From Halorarum halobium (GTDB lineage: Archaea > Halobacteriota > Halobacteria > Halobacteriales > Haloferacaceae), in assembly GCF_032116555.1 (NCBI RefSeq), contig NZ_CP134949.1, positions 1,116,001 to 1,180,000 on the forward strand: 64,000 nt of DNA, in the 5' to 3' direction. The notes below the pieces were generated by a model that worked only from the letters and a program-made list of their open reading frames with translations, was not told where the DNA came from and did no database searches. The translations under genes were made by a program, and so were the position numbers. Of this stretch, positions 47,862 through 56,809 are shown piece by piece (position 1 is the first letter of the stretch; each line of letters begins with the position of its first letter).

Positions 47862-49007
47862 ATGGACTTCGGCCTGACGACCGAACAGACCCAGATCCGC
47901 GACATGGTCGCGGAGTTCGTGGACGAGGAGATCGCCCCTCGAGCGGCCGAGATCGACGAGACCGACGAGTTCCCCGCCGACCTGGTCGAGGAGATGGCGG
48001 AGTTGGGACTGATGGGGATGCCGTTCCCGGAGGAGTACGGCGGCGCCGGCCTCGACTACCACAGCTACGCGATCGGGCTGGAGGAGATCTCCCGCGGCTC
48101 GGGCGGCCTGGGCACTGTCGTCGCGGCCCACACCTCCCTCGCGGGCAACATGCTCCACGAGTTCGGCGACGAGCCACAGAAGGACGAGTACCTCACGCCG
48201 CTGGCCGAGGGGACCGACGTCGGCGCGTTCGCGCTCTCGGAGGCCGAAGCCGGCTCCGACGTGCCCGCGATGTCGACCACCGCCGAGCGGGACGGCGACG
48301 AGTACGTGGTGAACGGCGGGAAGCTCTGGATCTCGAACGGCTCGGTCGCGGACACCGTGACGCTGTTCGCCAAGACCGACCCGGAGGCCGGGAACAAGGG
48401 CATCTCCTCGTTCGTCGTCCGTCCCGAGGAGGACGACGGGTTCATCGTCGAGGGCACCGAGCACAAGCTCGGCGACAAGGGCTGTCCGACCGCGGAGCTC
48501 CGATTCGACGACATGCGACTCCCCGCGGATCGGCTCATCGGCGAGGAGGGAAGGGGGTTCGTCCACGCGCTGAAGACGCTCAACGGCGGTCGCATCACCA
48601 TCGCGGCCCGCGGCGTCGGCATCGCCCGCGCGGCCCTGGACGACGCCCGCGACTACAGCGGCGAGCGCGAGCAGTTCGGCGGCCCCATCTCGGACTTCCA
48701 GGCGATCCAGCACAAGCTCGCGGACATGGACACGAAAGTTCAGGCGGCGAAGCTGCTGATGCACAGGGCCGCCGACCTGAAGATGCGCGACGAGGACTAC
48801 ATCAAGGAGGCCGCGCAGGCGAAGCTGTACGCCAGCGAGGTGAGCCGCGAAGTCGCCAACGAGGCCATCCAGATCCACGGCGGTTACGGCTACACGAAGG
48901 ACTTCGACGTCGAGCGCTACTACCGCGACGCGAAGCTAAACGAGATCTACGAGGGGACGAGCGAGGTGCTGCGCAACACCATCGCACAGCAGGTGTTAGA
49001 GGAGTAA
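47862..49007 (+). CDS. Acyl-CoA dehydrogenase
   Basis: FALSEAEAGSD, GGKLWISN, GGRITIAA, QIHGGYGY, IYEGTSEV. Confidence 0.95.
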   Translation: MDFGLTTEQTQIRDMVAEFVDEEIAPRAAEIDETDEFPADLVEEMAELGLMGMPFPEEYGGAGLDYHSYAIGLEEISRGSGGLGTVVAAHTSLAGNMLHEFGDEPQKDEYLTPLAEGTDVGAFALSEAEAGSDVPAMSTTAERDGDEYVVNGGKLWISNGSVADTVTLFAKTDPEAGNKGISSFVVRPEEDDGFIVEGTEHKLGDKGCPTAELRFDDMRLPADRLIGEEGRGFVHALKTLNGGRITIAARGVGIARAALDDARDYSGEREQFGGPISDFQAIQHKLADMDTKVQAAKLLMHRAADLKMRDEDYIKEAAQAKLYASEVSREVANEAIQIHGGYGYTKDFDVERYYRDAKLNEIYEGTSEVLRNTIAQQVLEE

Positions 49008-49064
49008 CCGGCGTACGCAGTGGAACGGCGGGAACGGGGTCCGATTCGTGAACGAGACTCGCGC

Positions 49065-49994
49065 TCAGTCGTCGGCCGTCCGCACCTCGGCCGGCACGAC
49101 CGTCTCGACGCCGCCCGAGAGTTCCCGCTGCGGGAACGGGATGGAGATGCCCTCCTCGTCGAAGCGTTCCTTCACGCGCTTGACGTACTCGGCGCGGGTC
49201 TTCACGAAGTCGGCCCGCGAGGGGTTCTCGATCCAGACGCGCGAGCGCAGCGAGACGAACGAGTCAGCGAGCTCGCTCAGCCGGACCGACGGCTCGGGGT
49301 CGGCGAGGATGCCCGGGTGGTGCTCGGCCTCCTCGACGATGATCTCGGTCGCCCGCTCGATGTCGTCGTCGTAGCCGATTCCGAAGTCGACCTTCAGCCG
49401 GAGCGTCTCCTTGGCGACGGGGTTCTTGATCACGTCGGAGGTCAGCACCGCGTTCGGGACGGTAAGTAGCTCGTTGTCGAACGTCCGGATGCGGGTGACG
49501 CGGAAGGAGATGTCCTCGACGATGCCCGAGTTGGAGCCGCCCCACTCGATCCAGTCGCCGATGCGGAACGGCCGGTCGGTGTAGATGAACACGCCCGCGA
49601 CGAAGTTCCTGATCACGTCCTGTAACGCGAGCCCGATCGCGAGCGTCGCCGCGGCGGCGATGGTCGCGAGCGACTGGAGGAAGTTGCCGTAGCCGGCGAA
49701 GCCGAACGCCACCGAGATGCCGGTGAAGATGACGATCGCGGTCACCAGCTTCCGGAGCGGCCGACGGGCGTGAGGCTGGAGCCCGCGCCGGTCGAGCATC
49801 CGGTCGACGAGCGGGATGACGAACAGCCGCCCGACGAGCCAGAACGCGACCAGGACGACGAGGAACGTCAGCGCGGCGGCCAGCGGCTGGGCGAGGGTCG
49901 CGGGCATGAACTGCGCGAGGAACTCCGCGACGGGGACGGAGGGGTCCGAGGCCTGCGCGGGACCGACGGTCGTCTGGAACAGGGCCCCGCTCAT
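49065..49994 (-). CDS. Small-conductance mechanosensitive channel (MscS family)
   Basis: IGLALQDVIRNFVAG, PFRIGDWI, VPNAVL, IPFPQRE. Confidence 0.92.
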   Translation of the reverse strand: MSGALFQTTVGPAQASDPSVPVAEFLAQFMPATLAQPLAAALTFLVVLVAFWLVGRLFVIPLVDRMLDRRGLQPHARRPLRKLVTAIVIFTGISVAFGFAGYGNFLQSLATIAAAATLAIGLALQDVIRNFVAGVFIYTDRPFRIGDWIEWGGSNSGIVEDISFRVTRIRTFDNELLTVPNAVLTSDVIKNPVAKETLRLKVDFGIGYDDDIERATEIIVEEAEHHPGILADPEPSVRLSELADSFVSLRSRVWIENPSRADFVKTRAEYVKRVKERFDEEGISIPFPQRELSGGVETVVPAEVRTADD

Positions 49995-50239
49995 CGCGTG
50001 AACACTCCCGTGTTCCCGCGCGTCTCGACGATATCCGCGTCGGCCAGGTCGGCGAGTTCGACGGCGAGCTCCTCGGTGCTGCTCCCGCCGCGGGCGGCGC
50101 GCAGGAACTTCACCTTCACGAGCTCGCTGTCGTCGAGCTGGTCCGCGAGCTCGTCGGCGACGGAGGCCACCCCCTTCTTGCCGACCCAGACCGTGACGTC
50201 GAGGTCGTGGGCCCGTTTCCGCAGGTCGTGGTCGGTCAT
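49991..50239 (-). CDS. YhbY/CRM-domain RNA-binding protein
   Basis: VWVGKKG, ELVKVKF, ETRGNTGV. Confidence 0.9.
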   Translation of the reverse strand: MTDHDLRKRAHDLDVTVWVGKKGVASVADELADQLDDSELVKVKFLRAARGGSSTEELAVELADLADADIVETRGNTGVFTR

Positions 50240-50315
50240 GGAACGTCCTACCGACGGCGCGGGTTTGAAACTTTACCTTACGGGTGGCGAGCGAGGGTCG
50301 GCCGTGTCGTCGACC

Positions 50316-50597
50316 CTACCGGTACGGGTAGCGGGCCGTCTCGCCGCAGTCACAGCGGACGACGACGTGGCTGCCCTCCTGGAGTCGGACGCGGGCGTTG
50401 CGCCCGGGGACGAGGAACGCGTCACAGCGCTCGCAGGTGAACCGCTCGAACGACCGGGGGACGCCGCAGCGATGCCGCTCGGCGAGCCGCCGCGCGAGGC
50501 GGACGTACTCCCGCGCGCGGTCGGGTTCGCCGGCTTTGACGGCGTCGCGTGCGAGGGCTTCGAGCCGTTCGATGCGCTCCTCGGCGATTTTCTGCAT
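50316..50597 (-). CDS. rnp4: Ribonuclease P protein component 4 (Rpp21)
   Basis: IAEERIERL, YVRLARRL, CERC...PG...VR...CDCG...RYPY. Confidence 0.93.
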   Translation of the reverse strand: MQKIAEERIERLEALARDAVKAGEPDRAREYVRLARRLAERHRCGVPRSFERFTCERCDAFLVPGRNARVRLQEGSHVVVRCDCGETARYPYR

Positions 50598-50705
50598 TGT
50601 CTGTTCTCGTGTTTCGTGGGTAGGCGGCGGACGGCGGATAGCGGTTTCGGAGCGATTCTCTTGACGAGTCGTTTCATTATCGGTTGTCTGAATCTCCGCT
50701 CAACA

Positions 50706-50814
50706 CGCCTCGAAAGTCCTCGCGGCTCTCCGCTCGGTCGGTGGTTCCGTCGTCACGAACCCGGACCGAGCCAACCTGCGACGAACCGAGTCGAGGGCCG
50801 CAGGGGCATTCGAA
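50706..50814. repeat. Degenerate palindromic intergenic repeat element, copy E
   Basis: 50706-50730 matches 18401-18425 at 22/25; the right end GAGGGCCGCAGGGGCATTCGAAA is an imperfect inverted copy. Confidence 0.6.
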
Positions 50815-50960
50815 ACGGTCGGAGCACCGAACGAGGCGACAGGACGAACCGGCTGGATTGACACGCGAACCGAACGAGCCGTCACCAAGCACCGACCTCC
50901 GAACGAAAGCGACTCCGACAGAGCAAAGACCCGTTCGGAAGAACGCCGCCCCATCCAACG

Positions 50961-52025
50961 GTGAGGGTCCTCGACTACCTCGAACTCGAATCCCGACTCG
51001 CCCGCGCCGGCATCGGCACGGCCCACGACCAGCAGGTCGAGGCGCTCGGTCGCGCGGCCGGGGCGGGCGCGGACGTCGAGGTCATCGAACGGCCCTGGTC
51101 CGGCGGCTCCCTCCCGCGCGGACTCGCCGACGGCGTCCGCGGACGGGGCCTCTTCCGCGAGTACGACGTCGCCCACTGCAACCTCATCGGCCCCGGGAGC
51201 GTCGCCGTCGCGCGCCACGCGAAACGGAACGGAATCCCCCTCGTGCTCCACTGCCACGTCACCAGCGAGGACTTCCGGGAGAGCTTCCGCGGGTCGAACG
51301 CCGTCGCGCCGGCGCTCCGGCGCTACCTGCGGTGGTTCTACTCACGGGCGGACCTCGTCCTCACGCCCTCCGAGTACACGAAACGCCAGCTCGACGCCTA
51401 CCCCGTCTCGGCGCCGATCCGGGCGATGAGCAACGGCGTCGACCACGACTCGGTCGCCGGCCACGCCGACTACCGCGCGGAGTACCGGGACCGCTACGAC
51501 CTCGAGGGGACCGTCGTCTTCGCGGTCGGCAACGTGTTCGAGCGGAAGGGGCTCACCGACTTCTGCGAGGTGGCGAAGGCGGTCGACCTGGAGTTCGCGT
51601 GGTTCGGCACGTACGACACTGGGCCCCAGGCGTCCACGACGGTCAGGCAGTGGGTGAAGCAGCCCCCGGGGAACGTCACGTTCACCGGCTGGGTCGAGGA
51701 CAAGTCGGGAATGTTCGGCGCGGGCGACGTGTTCTTCTTCCCGACGAAGGAGGAGAACCAGGGCATCGTCGTCCTGGAGGCGATGGCGTGCGGGAAGGCC
51801 GTCGTCCTGCGCGACATCCCGGTGTTCCGCGAGTACTTCACCGACGGCGAGGACTGCCTGCTTTGCTCCGGGCGCGAGGAGTTCGTCGCGGCGCTCGACC
51901 GCCTCGACGACGACCCGGAGCTACGCGAGCGACTCGGCGAGAACGCACGCGAAACCGCGGCCCAGCACAGCCTCGACCGCGTCGGCGAGGAACTCGTCTC
52001 GACGTACCGGGACCTGCTGGCCTGA
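50961..52025 (+). CDS. Glycosyltransferase family 4
   Basis: HVTSEDFRES, SNGVD, RKG, EENQGIVVLEAMACG. Confidence 0.9.
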   Translation: MRVLDYLELESRLARAGIGTAHDQQVEALGRAAGAGADVEVIERPWSGGSLPRGLADGVRGRGLFREYDVAHCNLIGPGSVAVARHAKRNGIPLVLHCHVTSEDFRESFRGSNAVAPALRRYLRWFYSRADLVLTPSEYTKRQLDAYPVSAPIRAMSNGVDHDSVAGHADYRAEYRDRYDLEGTVVFAVGNVFERKGLTDFCEVAKAVDLEFAWFGTYDTGPQASTTVRQWVKQPPGNVTFTGWVEDKSGMFGAGDVFFFPTKEENQGIVVLEAMACGKAVVLRDIPVFREYFTDGEDCLLCSGREEFVAALDRLDDDPELRERLGENARETAAQHSLDRVGEELVSTYRDLLA

Positions 52026-52103
52026 CGGAACGTCGGGACCGGGCGAAACTGGGCGTCCGGAAGACGCAAGGCATTACCGGGCGGTCGGAGAACCCGCGTG
52101 ACG

Positions 52104-53204
52104 ATGCAGACGGTCGCCGCCTTCACCGACACGTACCTGCCCACGGTGAACGGCGTCACCTACACCGTCCAGGCCTGGCGGAAGCGCTGGCTCGACCGCG
52201 GCGGCCGAATGGACGTCGTGTTCCCCGGCGCGCCCGACTACGACCCCGAGGACGGCGAGTACACCACCCGGAGCTTCGGCTTCCCGTTCTACGAGGGGTT
52301 CCGCTTCGGCCTGCCGGGCGTGCCGGACGAGGTCGCCGACGCCGACGTCGTTCACGCCCACACGCCGTTCGCGCTCGGCCTCTCGGCGCTGTATCTCGCG
52401 TGCCGCATCGACGCGCCGCTGGTCGCCTCCTACCACACGCCGACCTCGGAGTACGCCGACTACATCGCCAACGGCCGGCCGGCCGACGCCCTCGAAGGCG
52501 TCGCGCGCCGGTACGAGCGCTGGTACCTGAACCGCGCACGGGCCGTCGTCGTTCCGAGCGAACCGGCGCGCGAGCACCTCCGCGACATCGGCATCGACGC
52601 GCCCGTGTCGGTCGTCCCGAACGGCGTCGACACCGAGTTCTTCAGCCGGGTGGCGGACGACCGCGAGTTCCGCGAGCGGTACGGCCTCCCGGACGGCCCG
52701 CTCGTCGGCTACACCGGCCGTCACGGGTTCGAGAAGGATCTGACCGAGATCCCGGCGGCGCTCGCGCGGGCCGACACCGACGCGACGTTAGTGGTCGGGG
52801 GCGACGGCCCGGCGCGCGGCGCGCTCGAGGCGGCCGCCGCCGACCACGGGCTCGACGCACGCTTCCTCGGGTTCCTCCCCCGCGAGGACCTGCCGGCGTT
52901 CTACTCCGCGCTCGACGCGTTCCTCTTCCCGTCGCCCGTCGAGACGCAGGGGCTCGTCGCGCTGGAGGCGAACGCCTGCGGGACGCCCGTCGTCGGCGTG
53001 AACGACGGCGCGCTCGCGGACACGGTCGTCGACGGCCGTACCGGCCACCACTTCGCCCGCGAGGACACGGCGGACTTCGCGGCCGCCATCGAGCGCACGC
53101 TCGCGGCGACGGACTCGCTCTCGGAGGCGTGTCTCGACAGGCGCGAGGAGACGAGCGTCGAACACGCGGTCGACCGGCTCGCCGAGGTGTACGACGACCT
53201 GTGA
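52104..53204 (+). CDS. Glycosyltransferase family 4
   Basis: FTDTYLPTVNGV, HAHTPF, YHTP, PNGVD, ETQGLVALEANACG; start may be GTG 52098. Confidence 0.9.
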   Translation: MQTVAAFTDTYLPTVNGVTYTVQAWRKRWLDRGGRMDVVFPGAPDYDPEDGEYTTRSFGFPFYEGFRFGLPGVPDEVADADVVHAHTPFALGLSALYLACRIDAPLVASYHTPTSEYADYIANGRPADALEGVARRYERWYLNRARAVVVPSEPAREHLRDIGIDAPVSVVPNGVDTEFFSRVADDREFRERYGLPDGPLVGYTGRHGFEKDLTEIPAALARADTDATLVVGGDGPARGALEAAAADHGLDARFLGFLPREDLPAFYSALDAFLFPSPVETQGLVALEANACGTPVVGVNDGALADTVVDGRTGHHFAREDTADFAAAIERTLAATDSLSEACLDRREETSVEHAVDRLAEVYDDL

Positions 53205-53299
53205 CGTCCGACGAGTCGGGTCGCTGACGGACCGTCACTGCCGATGAAAACTGCATCGGTGGGTCGCCGAACGACTCGCGTCGCCCGGCCGGACCCCGT

Positions 53300-53710
53300 C
53301 TAGTCGTCCTCGATGGCCTGGGCGATGCGCTGGAGCTGTCGGGTCGCGTCGCGCACTTCGTCGCGGAGCTGTCGCACTTCCCGCACCAGTTCCTCGTTGC
53401 CCGCCGACTCCTCCTCGCCGCCGGGACCGCCCATCCCCGGCGGGCCGCCCATGCCGCCACCCATGCCCCCGCCACCGCCCATCATGCCGCCCATCATCTG
53501 GGCGAACGGGTTGCCGCCGCCCATGCCGCCCGGGCCGCCCTCGCCCATCATCTCCTCGGGCGAGGGACCCTCGCCGTCCTCGCGCTCCTGCTCGCGTCGC
53601 TCCCGGATCTCCTCGACGCGCTCGCGGAACGACTTCTCCTCGCTCTCGGCTTCCTCGCTTCCGGTGGGCTCCCCGTCGTCGGTCGGCTCGGTTGACTCGT
53701 CCTCACTCAT
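53300..53710 (-). CDS. Hypothetical acidic protein with Gly/Met-rich tract and C-terminal coiled coil
   Basis: SFRERVEEIRERRE...GGMGGGNPFAQMMGGMMGGGGGMGGGMGG...LVREVRQLRDEVRDATRQLQRIA. Confidence 0.8.
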   Translation of the reverse strand: MSEDESTEPTDDGEPTGSEEAESEEKSFRERVEEIRERREQEREDGEGPSPEEMMGEGGPGGMGGGNPFAQMMGGMMGGGGGMGGGMGGPPGMGGPGGEEESAGNEELVREVRQLRDEVRDATRQLQRIAQAIEDD

Positions 53711-53849
53711 GGGAACCGGTTCGGCCCCGGCTCCGAAAAGGGTTGTCTCTCGGGAGGGGTCCAGCCGGCGCGGATCCGGTCCCGACTCCCCTCCAGCCGG
53801 CATCGCCACAAACCGTGCGTTCTTATTTCGTCGTCCCTGAGGTGGCGGC

Positions 53850-55244
53850 GTGTTCACCGACCGGTCCGACGCCCTCGCGAACGAGCGCCCCCACCGCGGC
53901 TACGGGGTCGCGGTGACCCCCGGCGAACGGGGCCCCTGCGCGCTCGTCACGGGCTACGGGCCGGCGAACCGCCTCCTCTCCTGGCGCGACGGGGCGCTCC
54001 GCGACGTCGCCTCCCCCGCCGTCGCCGACGAGGGACGACACGCCATCGGCGTCGCCGCCGCCGACCTCGACGCCGACGGGCTGGAGGAGCTGTACGTCCA
54101 CAACACGGACGAGTACGGCGGCCACACCCGCGACACGGACCTGCTGCTGGATCCGGTCGAGTGCCCGCCCGACGGCGACGGCATCCGCTGGCGCGACCTG
54201 TACGGGCTCGGGATCAACGCCGACCGGGGGAACTTCCGGGCCGGCCGCTCGGTCGCCGCGATGGACCGCTACGGCACCGGCCGGTACGGGATCTTCGTCG
54301 CCTCCTACGACGCCCCGTCCCGCTTCTACGAACTGGGTGACGACGGCGAGTTGACCGACATGGCCGCCGCCGTCGGGCTCGACATGAACGGCTGCGGGCG
54401 CTCGCTGCTCGCGGGTCCCATCGTCTCCGACAGCATGGACCTGTTCGTCGGCGTCGAGCGCGGCCCGAACCGGCTGTTCCGGAACGGCTCGGGTCACTAC
54501 GAGGAGGTCGCCGCCGAGGTCGGCGTCGCCGACGCGGGGACGGACGCCCGGGGCGTCACGATGGCGGACGGCGGCCTCGCTTACGGCACCTGGGAGGGAC
54601 CGAACCGCATCTTCGAGCCGCAGGGCGACGGCACGTTCGTCGACGCCGCGCCGCCGGCGTTCGCCGAGCCGACGCGCGTCCGGACGCTCGCCTGCGCCGA
54701 CTTCGACAACGACGGCCGGGAGGAACTGTTCGTCCACAACATGGGCTCGCAGAACCGGCTGTTCCGGCGCGAGGGCGGGGCCGACGACGGCCCCGACGGC
54801 ACCGACGGCGAGTGGACGCGAATCCATCCCGGCCCGGCCGAGGAACCCCGCGGGCTCGGCACCGGGGCGGCGGTCGCGGACTTCGACGGCGACGGCACCG
54901 TCGAACTGCTGCTCGTCCACGGCGAACTCGCCGCCCAGCCGCTCTCGCTGTACGCCGCCGAGAACGACGACGACTGGCTCCGGGTGCGGCCGACGACCCA
55001 GTACGGCGCGCCGGCCCGCGGCGCGTCGGTCACGCTGGAGACGGACGAGTGGAACCGGACGCGGATCATCTGTGCCGGCTCGGGGTATCTCTGCCAGATG
55101 GAGCCGGTGGCCCACTTCGGGCTCGGCGACGCGGCCCCCGAGCGCCTGACGGTGCGCTGGCCGGACGGCCGCGAGGCGACGATGGAGCGACCCGCGGAAC
55201 GGGCCGAACACGAGGTTCCACACCCGATGGCTCCGAGATTCTGA
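53850..55244 (+). CDS. CRTAC1-family protein (FG-GAP repeats + ASPIC/UnbV domain)
   Basis: ADLDADGLEE, ADFDNDGREE, ADFDGDG repeats; GSGYLCQMEPVAHFGLG; VRWPDG. Confidence 0.88.
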   Translation: MFTDRSDALANERPHRGYGVAVTPGERGPCALVTGYGPANRLLSWRDGALRDVASPAVADEGRHAIGVAAADLDADGLEELYVHNTDEYGGHTRDTDLLLDPVECPPDGDGIRWRDLYGLGINADRGNFRAGRSVAAMDRYGTGRYGIFVASYDAPSRFYELGDDGELTDMAAAVGLDMNGCGRSLLAGPIVSDSMDLFVGVERGPNRLFRNGSGHYEEVAAEVGVADAGTDARGVTMADGGLAYGTWEGPNRIFEPQGDGTFVDAAPPAFAEPTRVRTLACADFDNDGREELFVHNMGSQNRLFRREGGADDGPDGTDGEWTRIHPGPAEEPRGLGTGAAVADFDGDGTVELLLVHGELAAQPLSLYAAENDDDWLRVRPTTQYGAPARGASVTLETDEWNRTRIICAGSGYLCQMEPVAHFGLGDAAPERLTVRWPDGREATMERPAERAEHEVPHPMAPRF

Positions 55245-55281
55245 GTCGGGGACGAACCAACCATCCTGACGTGCGGTCGGT

Positions 55282-55530
55282 GCGCGGCGGCCGCCCCCCG
55301 TGGGCGGCCGAATCGCGCGAGGGATGAGAGAGCGACGGCGAGCGGAGCGAGCCGAGCGAACGAATCGGCTGGGGAGGCGTGTGGCTGTGCCGTGCGGTCG
55401 CGATGGGTGGACTGAAAGGGGCCGGCTGGCTACGCTCCCGCGGCACGCTCTGCGCTCCTCGTTCTCTGCGGTCGCTGCGGTGCTTGAGGCGCCGGGGATC
55501 GCGTAGCCAGCCGGGGGCTTTCCAGGCGGT
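55282..55530 (+). repeat. Palindromic intergenic repeat element, copy B (most complete, composite)
   Basis: Upstream module shared with 6414-6501; core GGGTGGACTGAAAGGGG, perfect 14-bp stem (55422-55435/55501-55514), GGGCTTTCCAGG; internal cassette inverted relative to copy A. Confidence 0.9.
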
Positions 55531-55622
55531 CTTCATAGCCAGACCTACTCATCCAGAGTTGCCAACCACGGAACGGACGAAACGCGGACCGCTTTTCACC
55601 CACGCCATCGCACAGTTCGATA

Positions 55623-56735
55623 ATGACCGAGCGACTCGGAAAGGCCGACCGCACGCTGTTCGAGGGGGCCATCTTCCCCAACCTGGGCGCGGACCGGGAC
55701 GACGTCGCGCTCGGCCCGGCCCACGGCGTCGACTTCGGCGTCCTCGACGTCGGCGGGCGGGCGCTCGTAACCGCGACCGATCCCATCTCACTGCTTTCCG
55801 AACTCGGCTACGCGCGCGCCGGGCGCTTCGCGCTGTCGTTCGCGCTCGGGGACGTCGCCGTCTCCGGGGTCGCCCCCTCCCACATCGCCCCCTCGTTCGC
55901 GCTCCCGACGTCGATGACCGACGGGGAGTTCGAGGAGCTGTGGACCGCCATGAGCGACGAGTGTGCCGAACTCGGCGTTTCGGTGCTCACGGGCCACACC
56001 GCGCGGTACCCCGGCGCGGCGCTCCCGTGGGTCGGCGCGATGACCGTGATGGGCGTCGGCGACCACGGGGACGTGATCCGGCCCGACGGCGCGCGCCCGG
56101 GCGACAGGCTGCTCGTCACGCGGGGGCCGGGAATCGAGACGGCCGGGGTGCTCTCGACGCTGTACCCCGAGGCGTTCGACGGCCTGAACGAGGCGACGCT
56201 CCGCGAGGCGCAGGCGTGTCTCGACCGGACGAGCGTCGTCCGCGACGCGCTCGCCGCGGCCGACGCGGGACGCGAGGTGACCGGCGGTGGCGGGACTGGC
56301 GGTGACGGGACCGTCGGAAACGGGAACACTGGCGGCTCGTCCGCCGCCGACCCCGTCGGCGTCACCGCGATGCATGACGCGACGGAGGGCGGCCTGCGCG
56401 GCGCGCTCTGTGAACTCGCCGACGCTGCGGGCGTCCGCATCGACGTCGATTCCGAGCGGACGCCCGAGAACCCGGCCGCACTGGCTGCCTGCGAGACGCT
56501 CGGGCTGGACCCGTGGGCCTGTACGACCTCCGGGACGCTGCTGGTCGCCGTCCGGCCCGACGCAGTTGATTCAGTTCTCGCCGCGCTCGAGTCCCGGGGA
56601 ACACCGGTCGGCGTCGCGGGCGAGATTCGACGGGGTGAGGGCGTGTTCCTGGACGGTGAGCGCGTGGAAGCGCCCGCGGAGGACGAGTCCTGGGCGGCAT
56701 ACGAGGCGCTCTCCGGGGAATCCGGGCGCGAGTGA
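55623..56735 (+). CDS. AIR synthase-family (PurM/HypE-like) protein
   Basis: GVDFG, TATDPI, TGHT, RPGDRL, AMHDATEGG, SGTLLV. Confidence 0.88.
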   Translation: MTERLGKADRTLFEGAIFPNLGADRDDVALGPAHGVDFGVLDVGGRALVTATDPISLLSELGYARAGRFALSFALGDVAVSGVAPSHIAPSFALPTSMTDGEFEELWTAMSDECAELGVSVLTGHTARYPGAALPWVGAMTVMGVGDHGDVIRPDGARPGDRLLVTRGPGIETAGVLSTLYPEAFDGLNEATLREAQACLDRTSVVRDALAAADAGREVTGGGGTGGDGTVGNGNTGGSSAADPVGVTAMHDATEGGLRGALCELADAAGVRIDVDSERTPENPAALAACETLGLDPWACTTSGTLLVAVRPDAVDSVLAALESRGTPVGVAGEIRRGEGVFLDGERVEAPAEDESWAAYEALSGESGRE

Positions 56736-56809
56736 GCGACGGGTTTCCGCGGATCTGCGCCGGCGGTCGGTGGCGAACGGGACACATGCGTCCCCAGACG
56801 CGGCGCCGC

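Noticed and set aside
47766..48878. Long N-terminal extension of the squalene/phytoene synthase ORF (likewise xacE beyond 62710)
   Set aside because: Antisense to real divergent genes; not a fusion.
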